Shown here: piece by piece, positions 46,436 to 57,786 of the stretch
How the letters are laid out: each line of letters starts with the position of its first letter
Numbering within the stretch: the stretch's first letter is position 1
Source: Lingula anatina
Taxonomy: Eukaryota > Animalia > Brachiopoda
Direction: 5' to 3'
Assembly: GCA_051362555.1 (NCBI GenBank)
Contig: CM120649.1
Location: forward strand, 6,758,001-6,822,000
Length of the DNA: 64,000 bases
Program-made: the position numbers and the translations under genes
The notes under the pieces: model-generated
What the model was told of the DNA's origin: nothing
Seen by the model: only the letters and a program-made list of their open reading frames with translations
The model's database searches: none

Positions 46436-46606
46436 TCCCTATATTGATCTTTATTGAGTAGTACATGTACTTTCCCTGCTTTAGTCTAGACATTATATAA
46501 TGTATATCAAACTGTATATGGTAATCACTCTGCGGATTACTTCTTGTATTTGTATTTGATCATGCCCGGATGTAGGGCGATAGTCAATAAACTTCTGATC
46601 TGATCT
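44122..46606 (+). mobile_element. 5'-truncated non-LTR retrotransposon (RTE-X or L2-group-like)
   Basis: Open RT frame, no APE endonuclease domain, 3' UTR ending AATAAA plus a (TCTGA)n tail at about 46586-46606. Clade not resolved. Confidence 0.85.
44187..46316 (+). CDS. LINE ORF2 C-terminal part: reverse transcriptase plus CCHC-type zinc finger
   Basis: KSSGPDGI, NYRGI, FVDFSSAFDTV, GVKQGCNLSPLLF, LYADD, YLG, FRISAHNLAIEKGR, C..C..EDEFHF...CP.Y. 709 aa without stops. Confidence 0.92.
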   Translation: MNRSLQHEDPKFESLINEFFNGIKNGTFNELDYLLTVNEIKKASTKLKNNKSSGPDGIPNEMIKEGIHRLAAPLCILFNHILTNGTFPTLWRTSFLTVIHKKGDKTDPNNYRGIAVTSNICKLFCLILNNRLTTYVEKHNIIPPNQIGFKKGSRTSDHILVLKTLIDKYVKRASKSNLFVCFVDFSSAFDTVWRNALFYKLTRAGINGNFLRTLRNMYSSVRFAVKCRNSITNSLSSSVGVKQGCNLSPLLFNLFISDLPSIFNDRCDPVSLNNQKLNCLLYADDLVIMSESSAGLQTAINQLQAYCKKWKLLVNITKTKVMIFNKSGHKIQKQIFKFGDIPLEICSEYCYLGLVFTPSGSFTKSLEILKSKGGKAFFKIRNKLFTSPVPISMKLFDSLIAPILTYGSEVWAPYFVKNSSKDSYFLICDKLSIETLHLKACKTILGVNRKSPSHAVRGELGSFPILTTAHTLALKYWHSLQYKKHHDTTSLVTHALHENENLNRLKTSIWSTGIKNTLALIGRPDIWEDPFKISMTALSSIIKPLIQISYSSAFKSHLASLNTEGKKLRTYSTFKKDFKREIYTQLIHKPKSTFLCKFRISAHNLAIEKGRHMNPKIPIEKRLCTVCNMGSVEDEFHFMMICPSYAPLRAIFLNQVKDILGSAAPESISDLFITVLQCNDFDIAKCTTNFLYDCFKARDMKIASMLNKT

Positions 46607-48076
46607 GTGAAGGAGGTTAGTGTCGAGTAATCTCTGAAGCTCAGGGTAACTTTTCTATACTATCACGGCAAATTTACAACGTTGTTGGTCATTTTAAAGG
46701 TAGGACTGCAGGTTGGAGATTTTATCTTTAATTAAAGGTCTTAGCTTTTTTTTTTAAATTCCCATTGCACTCATTTAATGTATCTTCAAAACATGTAAAC
46801 ACAGCTCCAAGTTCATGTTGTGACGTAATATTGTTTTTTTTTTTCTTTTTTTTTTGGGGGGGGGGGGGGCAAAAACATCATCTCAACACTTTAACAAAGT
46901 CTTAAAAAAGGGGGTTCGGGGATTTTTCTTTAAAGACTTACTGTTGATTTTATCTATAAAAACGTGATTTTTTGCCCTATTTGGGTATCACATTCTGATA
47001 AAAAATATATGGTATAGTAGATTATGCTTCCCACTAAATATTAACAACACATTTCTGATCACAGAAAAATTGTCCTGTGTGCACACTTTTCATTTTGTGT
47101 CAGCACTATTCATGATAATAAATATACCCATGAAGGGCTACGCCTGTTAAATCTGATAGGTAAAGAAGCCAAATTTCATAGCCTAACAGTCAACATCGTG
47201 CAAGAGAACGGCCTTACTAGTACATGTACTTGCCCAATGACATTTATTCTCCACTGACATACTTTATAAGATATATGTGAACTGCATTGTTTTTTTTTTT
47301 AATTATTATTTTGCATACTTATCACATACTTTTCACTTGTATTGACAACAAAACTAATTAAAAGCATTGATTTGTATTTTAACTTCTGATCAAAATAAAA
47401 ACAACTTGTAAGTTGTAATTTATACTTTGTGCATATAATTTCAATTTCTACTATAGGCCTATATACTATAAGCACGTAAGTAACCTGCGCTGTTATCCAC
47501 TACCTGATAGGAAGCATTACTGACCTGAGAGGACACTGTTGTTTATACTTGTCGAAGGTAAACCATATAATTTAGGTCGTCGTTGTGGAAAACTCGCGGT
47601 TTTTACATAGTAAATTCATTGAAAAATCTGTATCAAAGATCATAATGTGTGTAATGTGGTCTCTGTTATCCAAATTTTGAAATAACTTGTCGATAACATA
47701 GGAGTATTTTGAGAGCTGGAGGCTCTCACGGTTTCCGTATACCAGCATCATGGGCTGAGTTGTTCTCGAGTATTCTCGCAAGTTAACGCAGTACTCTGTG
47801 AATTTCCACAGGTGACCCTGTGGCCTGTCACTCATACACTTTGTCCCGCCCCTTAACAGAGATAGGACGATAGACCGCCACTCGTTTCCATTCCCTCCGA
47901 TATAATTCCCTGATTGGACAGATGGAGGACAAGGCTGAACACGCCTTTTCAGCCCCCTCGACCAAAGTCAGCCCCAGCCGCTTCGTGCAGCAGCATCACC
48001 ACCACCACCACCAGCAACAGCAGATTAAAAAGGCTACTGCAGAAGTTCCCACAAAACACTACTACTTTCCCCCCAT

Positions 48077-48300
48077 CAGTGCCGGATTTAGAGGGAGGGG
48101 GCAAGGGGTGTCCTCATCTCACCTTCGGTTTCTGAAAAATATAACACACCAATATTCCCCTCTTGAAATTAGAATATTGAATAGCTTAATCATAGTTCTA
48201 AACTGTACAAAAGTGCACTGTGTGCTCCCCAAAACACCAAAAATTTATCGGGGCCCTTGAGAGGGCCCGAACCCCACACCAAAGGGGCGACGGTCGGCTT
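48077..48300. repeat. Short GC-rich interspersed repeat fragment beginning CAGTGCCGGATTTAGAGGGAGGGG
   Basis: Resembles, from memory, the CAGTGGCGGA-G-rich repeats common in invertebrate genomes. The other end was not found. Confidence 0.35.
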
Positions 48301-48602
48301 CGCATCTGAGGAACGCACTATATATGACGTGATAGTATATGGAATACAGCACGTCTGAGTCTTGTTCTACGCGCTAGCCGTGGTTTAAAGGATTTGAGAC
48401 ACATAAAAATCCATTTCTCGAATTCGGAAGATTCAGCACTCAATCTATACACTAGAGGTATGTTTTAATCGATCCCCGCCATTTGAAAATGATAAAAAAA
48501 AAACAATCTATTAGTAGACAAAAACCGTTTTAGTAAACCTCACCTATGCATAAATGAAGCAACAGATCTGGGTCACGTGGTGCGACAATAAGGATAAAGG
48601 TC

Positions 48603-48645
<43 letters not shown>

Positions 48646-49310
48646 TTATTAAGCCAATAAAATACAAATGTATAAAATCGGGAATCTTTTGCCCTGTAGT
48701 AGCGCCATTGAAATATAAAAAAATGAAAATTAAAATTACATGTTAGAGTTAAAAATAGTTACTGCCGAAGGATAAAAGCTATTTAAAAATCGCTTACTAC
48801 CCTTAAAAGCTAAGAGTCTCGAATTGCTAGGTAAAAATTTAAAAAGGGTATGGGCTGGATGGGAACTGTCTGTCATTATTGATAATGTTTTCTTTTTAGT
48901 CCTGTCTAGATATACATGTATAGTATGGACGGGAGTTAGATCTGTTCCAATTACAATCCCTGCAGTTTGGACGATCTTTTCCAACTTGTTCCTCTCCTCC
49001 ACAGTTGCACGTCCATACCAAACAGTTACTGAATAAGTTAAAATACTCTCTAAAACACACCTGTAAAAGTTCGTTAAAATAAACACATTTCTGGTAAAAG
49101 CTTTCAATTTCCTTAAGAATTACATTCATTGACGTGCCTTTTTCAATAGCTTCGTGATGTTATCGCCCCAGGTTAACCTATTATTCAGCTGAACCCCTAG
49201 TAATTTATAAGTAGAAACCTGTTCGACCGCTTTACCGTTAACTTCCAAGAGATTTTTACTTATCTGATTTCTTCTGAAGTCTATGATCATTTCTTTTGTT
49301 TTGCTCACAA
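48603..49310 (-). mobile_element. Rex1/Babar-type LINE, 3' part (end of RT, DUF1891-like region, AATAAA plus (ATT)n tail)
   Basis: VSKTKEMIIDFRR, YKLLGV..LTW, FYRCVLESILTYSVTVWYG, HPAHTLFKFLPS, RFLNSFYP. Frameshifted. Tail at 48603-48643. Confidence 0.88.
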
Positions 49311-50112
49311 ATTTTATTCCCAAAGGGGAATACCCGCTTTAAGGGTCTGCCGCTAGATGGCGTGGGGGTGAAGGAAAGCAGTCCTTCTAAAATCTCGCAG
49401 AATCTCGCTCACGGCTTTACACCAGAGTTTAACATGGAGCGTGTGCACGCGTCGCTGACAGTGAACAAACTCAAACGCAATTTACTTGAATGTAGTGCCA
49501 TAACATCTGGATGAAAATGTGAATTGACTGGAAGGTATGTGTTTTCTTTTCATTTAGTGCTTGAAAAACACGAATGCTAGCTATTTTCCTTGAAAAAATC
49601 AAAAATTAGTCGAGGTGTGTGTGTCAAATCTGACATGTTATGTACATGTACATGTAGACTACTGTAGGTACGAGTAGGCCTACGCTCATATTTTGTTTTA
49701 CTAGCATGAAAGATTTTTATACTTAGTAAATGTACTTATTTATTTTCTTTATAAGGTTACCCAAAGAAGGCCCATATATTGGGGGCAAAGCCTGAAACTG
49801 TCGATTTCAGGACCCCAGGGCAACTTCAAGAGCAGGATAAAATGATTAGGCCTACTTCAGGAATCTTACCTATCACTTCACATCAGCGGCAAAGATTGAT
49901 GTAGCCACCAGTAATGCCTACCCTAAAGCTGACTTATATTACAGGCGGCTGTGATGGACAACAACTATTGCCAAGTGCCATGAAAAGAATAAAGCATGGA
50001 TAGAGGGAATGATGTAAGTGAAAACAGAGGTCTACTATTCACCATTCCGAGATGAGCGGATAAGCTCCGCCCCCTTAGATATTGTTGCTACGTGTAACAA
50101 GCTATAGTCAAA

Positions 50113-53100
50113 ATGGCAACCGAGCAGACGAACATCGTGTCAGATTCCTTAGAGAAAATACCTGAAAATATCGCAGTTAATTTCCTTCCGAATAGTAAAT
50201 CTTTATCGAAAAAAGCTCTTGAAAAAGGATTGAATTATTTTACGCAAGGTTATATTCACAATGTGAAGACTTCTGAGAGAAACGGAACAATTTATGTTGA
50301 CGCAAACTGTTGGCGGTCGATGAGGAAAAATGAAGAACCGCACAAACTCCAAATCAAAATCGACGATAACATGTTATCAGATTCATTTTGTTCTTGTAAA
50401 GCCGGGTAAGTTTTTACATTTTCTACTTTTTTCTTTCAATTAAGATACTTTTAGAGGTACAAATGTTGCGTACGCCGTTCACGCCTTTCATTTGATCTAT
50501 TATATCTAGCCTACTGTAGTACCACACTCGTGGACATGTTTATATTTGCGCAGTGAAACTTCTGTAGAATGTGACACGATATTGAGTCATTCAGAATGTG
50601 ATAAATATATATTTTGGTCAAATGGTGTTTATTACAAGTACATAATTAGATTTCTGTGTTGTTTTACACACAATGATTAGAAAACCACCCTTGAAAACGT
50701 GTTAAGTGTTCTCTTGTATTTGATTTTTTTTTGGGGGGGGGGGGAGTATAGATTTGAGTAAAAAATGATTTTGACAGTTTGGAAAAATAATTCTTACCAT
50801 ATGAGGTGTATTAAATTTGAAGCAAAATTAGTCTCACTGCATCAAGAAAAAAATTGAAAAAATTTAAAAAGTCTTCACCAGACAAAAATCCAAAACCACC
50901 CCCTAGAAAATCAAATGGTTGCTGTCTCAGTGAGTTTTTTTTAATAGACTGTTAACTTGCATTTTTTTCATCCCTATTCCCAGTATGTTTTGAATAAATT
51001 TTTAAAAATATATAGATATTTATTTTCATGAATCCAGCATTTTCAACCATGTGCTGAATGCTTTATTTTGCTTTTCCCCAGAAAAATCATGACAAATTAT
51101 TAATTTTTCAGTTTGAATGGACATTGTTCCCATATAGTTGGACTCCTCAAGACACTCCAGGGATTTAAACTTCACAATTTCACACATGTACCAGACCAAC
51201 AAAGCTGTACTAGCATACCACAGCAGTGGCATGTACCAAGGGGTGACAAAATTCAGCCAGTGCCATTGAACCATGTTGTAGTAGCAAGGCCTGTTGAACA
51301 TAGGAAAAGACGTCCTGTTTTGTGTCACATTGAGCCAGACTGTGTGTAAGTATGCATTGGATATTGTACACAGATATCATTTGGGACGAGGCCTTTAAGA
51401 TCTAACTTAAATAACTCATATGCTTGAAAGCCCATACTATGGTTTTTATTACATACTTTTTAGCAATAAAATTCTACAGAGATTATATTTTTATGTACAG
51501 TACAGACATCGGGTAGTTTGTTTTCGACCCGCGTGTAGTGTTACATTGTGTAACACTCAAATTACACTAGATGATTTAATAGTATTATTTCAAAACCTGG
51601 GTGTTCAAGTTATGTGAAAAAATTGTTGAATTTCAGATTACCAAAGATAACCCATCAAGACATCAACATCCTTAAAAACATGAAAGGGACCCCATTGGCC
51701 TATATTGCTTCAGTGGATGTTCCAAAAGTAGATACACCATTAGGAGAAGTGCAACTTGGCTCATATCTATCTTATCAGGTAAAAATCTGTGTGATATCGC
51801 ATTACATTTCGACAACAAGTTCTCGTCAGCTTTTGGCCCAAAATTGGCAAAATAGGGGTTAAAAAATCACTGTATACAATAAAGCATTTTTCACTTCTAT
51901 ATATACACATTTTCATTTAAATAAGTACCATTAAATAATAATAATAATAATAATAATAATTTATTAAGATTGCAACCCAGTGGGATGAAGTTGTACATAA
52001 AATGTTTAAAAAAATTTTATAATGATAATAAAATGAAAGTTTGCATGAATAAAACTGAGTTAAAAGACTGCTAACTGAACTTTAAAATTATTGTACTTAG
52101 ACTGCTAACTGAACTTAAAAATTATTGTACTTAAGATAAAAGACAGCATAATACTATTGGAAATTTAAAAGTGCATATGGAATAAAAGAGCATCGGAATC
52201 TGTCGGTCTTAAATTTTGGCACTTTGTATCTATTAAGTTAGAAAAGAAAAGTTATTTCTACAATTATACTTCGTTTTTTAATCATCAATTATCTTCATGT
52301 GAGCTTTTATCAGTGACAAAAGTATCTTGAAATAAAGTTAAAAAGCAACATATTGTCCATATCTTATTTACACTCTGAAATAAGTTAGTTGGTATAATGT
52401 TTGAAATAATTTGGTAAGTTTTAACTTTTGCAATAAGTCTTTCAATGTGAACCCTGTGTTTAGCTATTTTTTGAGTCTGGTATGTTTGTGCTGCTGTCAT
52501 TTGGGCCCCACTAGATGAAAATGGAGGAATGTTCAATCTGAGCCCTAATGTTTTTAATTCTTTTTCTATTGTAAATCCTTTGTCAGCCATGACAGAGTCT
52601 CCTTCAGCAATATAACCTTGTTGCTTAAGCTTATCTAATTGTTCATAAAATCCACTCTGTTCAGTTATGCATTTATCAGATATAGACCCAGTAAATAGTT
52701 CTGAAATGAAAATAACAGATCCACTGGGATCACAGCCAATAAGACCCTTCAGTGTTGTATTGGACTTGTAATCACTATACATCTGACTTTGCAGACCAAG
52801 AGCAGATGGAGTTTGTGTTTTGAACTCTGTACCATCAATAATAACCAATGTATTTGGAAAATCAGCTTTAAAGTCTTTTGGCATATTCTCAATAATGATA
52901 TTTCTATGTGGCCAAATTGACAGTTGTCCAAACTTAAGATGCATGTGGGCTATCCATGTATTAAAAACAATTCCAGCAGACTGAACAGTTAAACCAAACC
53001 TAATGGCAATATCCTTTAAACCAAAATTATGACGTAACCGTATCAACACAGAAAATAAGCAGTCCTCTTGTGTTAAAATTTTAATATCATTCTGCCCTTT

Positions 53101-54302
53101 TTCATACTGTAGTATATAGTTGTCTGGTAGCAAAAAATTGAACAGACTTTTAAACCGCTCATGAGTAATTCCTGTGTAGTACTTAAAGAGTCCTTTTATC
53201 TTCTGTTCTTTGTCTAAAATGCTTTCTATTCCAAATTTCATTTGATCATCAATTTTTTCCTTCGGCTGTTTATTTTCGTCTTTCAATTTCATGATCATTG
53301 ACTCCAGTTGCTTGATTTTGTTATTTTTCAAATCTAATTCACCACGCAATATGTGTAAATCTGTAGATGTAGCTAACATGTCCATTGGAGAAAACCCTGC
53401 AATAAAAAAAAAATATAAATATATATAGATATAGATAGATAGATTTACAATTATAATAAATGTATATGCTGACATGAGTTCTTATTTAAATATACATTTA
53501 ATTTTCAATTATGACTGGTTTATTTCAGACAAGAAACATCAAAAGGACAGAGGAACCAGTCCACGGAATTGGGTGTGGTGACAACTCTGTTTTCAAACCA
53601 TCGCCAGTGATTTTACCCGAGGAATATGTTATTTTGAACAATGAATATAATGACACAGATTTTGTTAAGCTGGAACTTAAAACCAGAGATCAATCTTTGT
53701 CAAAAGATTGGTTTGAGGCACGCAAGACCAGACTAACTGCCTCAAATTTTGGTCGTGTGATCAATAGAAAATCAGTACCTACTGAAAAATTTTTACAAAA
53801 CTTATTTTCATCAAAACAGATTACAGCTCCATCTTTAGAATATGGAAAACGTCATGAAAGTGAAGCTAAGAAGGGGTACATGGAGCGACACAGAAATACC
53901 CATTTTCATGAATGTGGGTTAGTTATTAACAAGGACTATGCATTCCTGGGGGCAACTCCAGATGGAAAGTTGTGTGACAATGGGCAAACCGGAATTGTAG
54001 AAATTAAATGTCCCTTCACAGCAAGAAACATGAAAATTTCGACTGCATGCGAAGACATTGCCAATTTTTGTCTTGAAAACAATAATGGGGAAATAAGATT
54101 AAAAACAACCCATGACTATTACGCTCAAATTCAAGGACAGCTCATGATAACAGGATGCGACTTCTGTGAATTTATTGTATTTACACAATGTGATATGCAC
54201 ATTCAGAGGATTATGCCAGATCAAGCTTACATGACAGAACTTCTACAAAAACTATCCAGATTTTTCAAAGACTTTGCAAAACCATTTTTGTCTAACACTT
54301 AA
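50113..54302 (+). CDS. SWIM zinc finger plus YqaJ/lambda-exonuclease-like protein, about 480 aa, 4 exons
   Basis: Exons 50113-50405, 51112-51345, 51637-51778, 53529-54302 join in frame (1443 nt, GT-AG). The SWIM motif CSCKAG|LNGHCSH is rebuilt across intron 1. YqaJ motifs WFEARKTRLTASNFG, LGATPDG, VEIKCP, YYAQIQGQL. Confidence 0.9.
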
Positions 54303-55697
54303 AGCTTGAAATAAACTTACACTGTTCTTCTGTCTGAGTGCCTGTACCAGTTTCTGTTTCAACAGTTGATTCAGATGCATGTGAATTATCCTCATCACTG
54401 CAAGAACAAAAAATAATTTAAACTAAAAAAAATTATAATCTATGAATTTTTTGTTATGTTTACAGCTGAAATGGGCATAATGGGGACATTAAATAAAGAA
54501 TGTTGTTCACAAATAAATGAAATTATTGAATGGGGACCACAAGTCCAATTTTTTAAAACTTTATTTATGTCATGGAACATTATCCATAAATTTTGTGATC
54601 ACTTGTGAACCAGAACCAAATAAATTTCCCACTGAATGCATTTCAAAAGTTTTGAGCATGAGCAAAACATTAGGGTCAGCTATTCTAATATCCAGGACAA
54701 ACAAAGAATTGTATTTCAGACGGCATTCTTGCTCATTCCGTCTCGGGCCTATATCTGGAATGTGCAAGAATCATTTGATGTTCATTCTGAGCATTCTAGC
54801 AGCATTCTTTCAAAGCCGTAAGAATTAAGGTAAATTTGAAATTCCCTCCCAAATGGTGCACGAAATTAAAATTTTATTCATTCCAGTTGGTTCTGCTTGA
54901 TTCCTGCTGATTCCGAATAAGTGTGACAGGGGTATTAGTTTGAACAAAGCATGTTCTGTTGTGTACATAATATTCCTGATCAACTTTTTATCAAGAAATG
55001 AGTAATTGAAAATTATGCTTAATTTACATGTTCTCAGATGTTTTGATGTGTAATATAATAATATTACCTTTCAACCTCCTGCAATAGTCTTTTCCTTGCT
55101 TTCCTTGCTTTTCTGAAGACACTGCTGTCAAAGGGAATAGGATCAGGATAATCTGATGTTGGGCCAATGGCATTTTTGAAATGCTACATGAAAAAAAAAA
55201 AAGGAAAAGTTTTTATCATTAAGGGTTTATGGTTTAAAGACATAAACATCAAACATATTTTCATAACACCGGTGGTTTAACAAGGAAAAAGCCCCAGTAA
55301 ACAGGGAAAATACACAATTTTACGATGCGTGGCTGTTACATTCCCTGTCCTGCAATACAAACTTACTAAATCTGTCGCCATATTAATATTCGGCGCCATC
55401 TTCACGTTTTGAATACCGTTTACTGTGAATAAATTGTTTTTGTAATGAACTGAATAAGTTAATGCTTGCACTGCATAAATAAGAGCTTTCACTCACCTTT
55501 GAACATATGTATGTGTTTTTTGTTACATTCTTAACGCTAAACTGCCTGTGTGGACGACCGCATGCACGAATCCAGGTTAGACACTTCTCCGGCTGTGTTT
55601 TTGGCTTCGGAAAAGCAATGAAATACACCCCTTCCATTCGTTCCGGATAACGAGAATCAGATTTGCAACACCCATAACAACAGTGTTTTACTGGCAT
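52285..55697 (-). CDS. THAP plus HTH plus DDE_Tnp_4 (IS5/Harbinger-type) transposase, about 501 aa, 4 exons
   Basis: Exons 55497-55697, 55068-55183, 54321-54397, 52285-53396 join in frame (1506 nt, GT-AG). The THAP motif CCYGCC...FP...W...ICSK|HF is rebuilt across intron 1. Catalytic motifs IIDGTE, MADKGF, RVHIER. Confidence 0.9.
54560..54933. repeat. Rearranged relic of the 62829-63532 MITE family inside transposase intron 2
   Basis: 54634-54748 matches 62842-63003 in reverse orientation. 54870-54933 matches the right end 63468-63531 directly (ATTCC(G/A)AATAAGTGTGACAGGGG). Confidence 0.7.
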
Positions 55698-56734
55698 GAC
55701 TTTGTCGGAGAAACGTATTCTTAAGTGACAAAAAATGCAAAAATCTTCAGCGTAATCTGATACACCGGACAGATGATTGTTTGTCCGGTAAGATGGCGGC
55801 TGTTTACACATGCGTATCACGTGACATTAATTATACGGTTCTATTGGTTAAAACAATGCTGTCAATCACTCATCTCGGAACGGTGAATTAAGAATCGGGC
55901 CCAAATATGAGAAAGAATTATCAAACTAGGTGATAGGTGACATCATAGAATTATAATATTGTATCTAAACTAATCTAAATTGTATCTATTTAATGCTGTA
56001 ACCATCTACCATGCTTTAATGGGATATGAATATTTCAGGTTGAGGAACAAACAGCGAAGGACACTGAGTAAGCAAGTTATAACAAGGAAAGAGCGCAATC
56101 TGACACAAGGAGAGACAATGGCGGATCACTGCCTCAAGATTTGGAGAGATAATTGCAGCTAAAGGGAAGAAGTATATAAACAAACTGTATGAATCATTGT
56201 TGTGTCCAAAACCATTGCAGACACATGACAGTTGGACCCGGACCTGATTTCCCCTTTTGGAATGTGCATCTCGTGCACAAATCTGGGCCTAAACAGAAAA
56301 CCTGCACATACTTTACTCAGTTAGAAGGCCAGATGTTCATTACGAATCGCCCATTCTGCGATTTTGTTGTGTTTACATTCAAAGATCTGTTTGTGGGGTT
56401 GATTCATTCTGACACTGGATATTTTTCTACATGTATTTTGCCGAGGATAACTTTTTTTAATGAAAAACACTATAGGAAGTACGTGTCAGCTAGTTTATAG
56501 AAAGTACCCCTGTATGAGATGGTTTTAGCTGCAATCACAATTTTGAAGTGCCATTTAAAAAAAATTGTTTTAACTAAAATGAAATAATTTGGTGGTGCTA
56601 TATTCTTTACAAAAAGTACTTATGTGTTTATGCTGTTTTTAATAACATTTAACTGTAATGAGAAAAAAAACTATGATGCTATTTTGTAAAGTATTTTTGG
56701 TGGGATGAAATAATTTGATAGTTGTATTTACAGC

Positions 56735-57340
56735 AAATAATTTGGTTTTTCTGCTTTTAAAAGAATTTTCAAAGTGCTGACATAATGTGGTGGTTCTATT
56801 CAAGTAAAATAATTCATAGGTACTATTTTGTAAAAAGGAACAAAAAAAACTGTTCATTTGTAAAATGTTTGCTTTCTTTAATTTTTATTTCTTAAACTGT
56901 TACAAAAAGTTTTCCATGCCTACAGTAATCCATTGGCTGAGAAATTGCAGCTATATAATCAGGAAAGTTATAGCACAAATAAATTATCTAAGTATTACAT
57001 GGTATCATGGTTTTTATTATGGACTGAATAATTATTTTGTTTAAATAAAACATTTGGTTTTGCTGCTTTTTAATGAATTTTCAGAGCGATGAAATAATAT
57101 GGTGTTTCTACTCAAGTAAAACAATTCAGAAGTGCTATTTTGTAAAAAAAGAATAAAAACTTCATTTATAAAATGTTTTCTTTCTTTAAATTTTATTTCT
57201 TAAACTGTTACAAAAAGATTTCCAAACATGCATTATTCCATTGGCTGAGGAATTGCATCTATACATGTACAAATAAATTATCTAACTATACCTAGTTTTA
57301 TGATTCTTACGATGTACTGAATAATTTTTTTAAATAAAAA
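56735..57340. repeat. Degenerate tandem duplication, unit about 310 bp
   Basis: 56735-57045 and 57045-57340 share blocks such as TTTTATTTCTTAAACTGTTACAAAAAG and CCATTGGCTGAG. Confidence 0.8.
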
Positions 57341-57786
57341 TAATTATTTAATTAACATTACCAGATTACGGACATAAGAAGAAAACGCACTTTGATAAAT
57401 CTTACTTCCTAGGGGCACTTTCTTGCTATGGAGCTCTCTTTCCAAAACTTTATAAGTTTTTCCAAGATCAATTAACCTTTCTACGTGTATTCTTTTTGAG
57501 GTAACTCGTCTATCTTTAGGGGCCTAATTACTGTGCCTGGGTCAAGTTGTAACTGTCCTTTTAACATGGAAGGTGTGTTGACATGCGCAACCCTTCACTT
57601 CAAACGAAGCCCTGAATCCTCAGGAAAATTAAGCCCACCTTGCCGACATTCAGGTACACAACAATACTGAGGCATGTTTATTAAGGCCAGTGCAACAGTC
57701 CAACGTACATGATATCCAACATGGCGACTGTGGAAGGACTGAATTCACACTAGCGACACCTGGCGCCAAGCGGGCTGGTATACCTC

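Larger units (their letters stand above)
50039..55886. mobile_element. Apparently intact ISL2EU-like (PIF/Harbinger-related) DNA transposon, 5848 bp, AT TSD
   Basis: TIR TCACC(A/G)TTCCGAGATGAG(C/T)G at both ends, AT at 50037-50038 and 55887-55888, two complete spliced ORFs. Confidence 0.9.
49325..57786. mobile_element. Decayed ISL2EU-like DNA transposon (outer element) interrupting the Rex1 LINE
   Basis: Degenerate TIRs (GGGGAATA-CCCGCTT..CGCTAG versus rc GAGGTATACCAGCCCGCTT..CGCTAG). SAP-like remnant LTVNKLKRNL...SG*K.EL (49434-49535, +), YqaJ C-terminal remnant YFTQLEGQMFITNRPFCDFVVF (about 56310-56500, +), THAP remnant MPQYCCVPEC..FPED..LRLK* (57575-57675, -). Confidence 0.72.

Noticed and set aside
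46693-48400. TTAAAGG Kolobok-like terminus
   Set aside because: No matching inverted end found.
52285-53475. DDE ORF as a separate element inserted into the YqaJ gene
   Set aside because: It has no termini of its own and splices in frame to the THAP exons at 54321-55697.
53511-54302. YqaJ ORF as a phage or horizontally acquired recombinase
   Set aside because: It is the last exon of a spliced gene within TIRs, the usual ISL2EU accessory protein.
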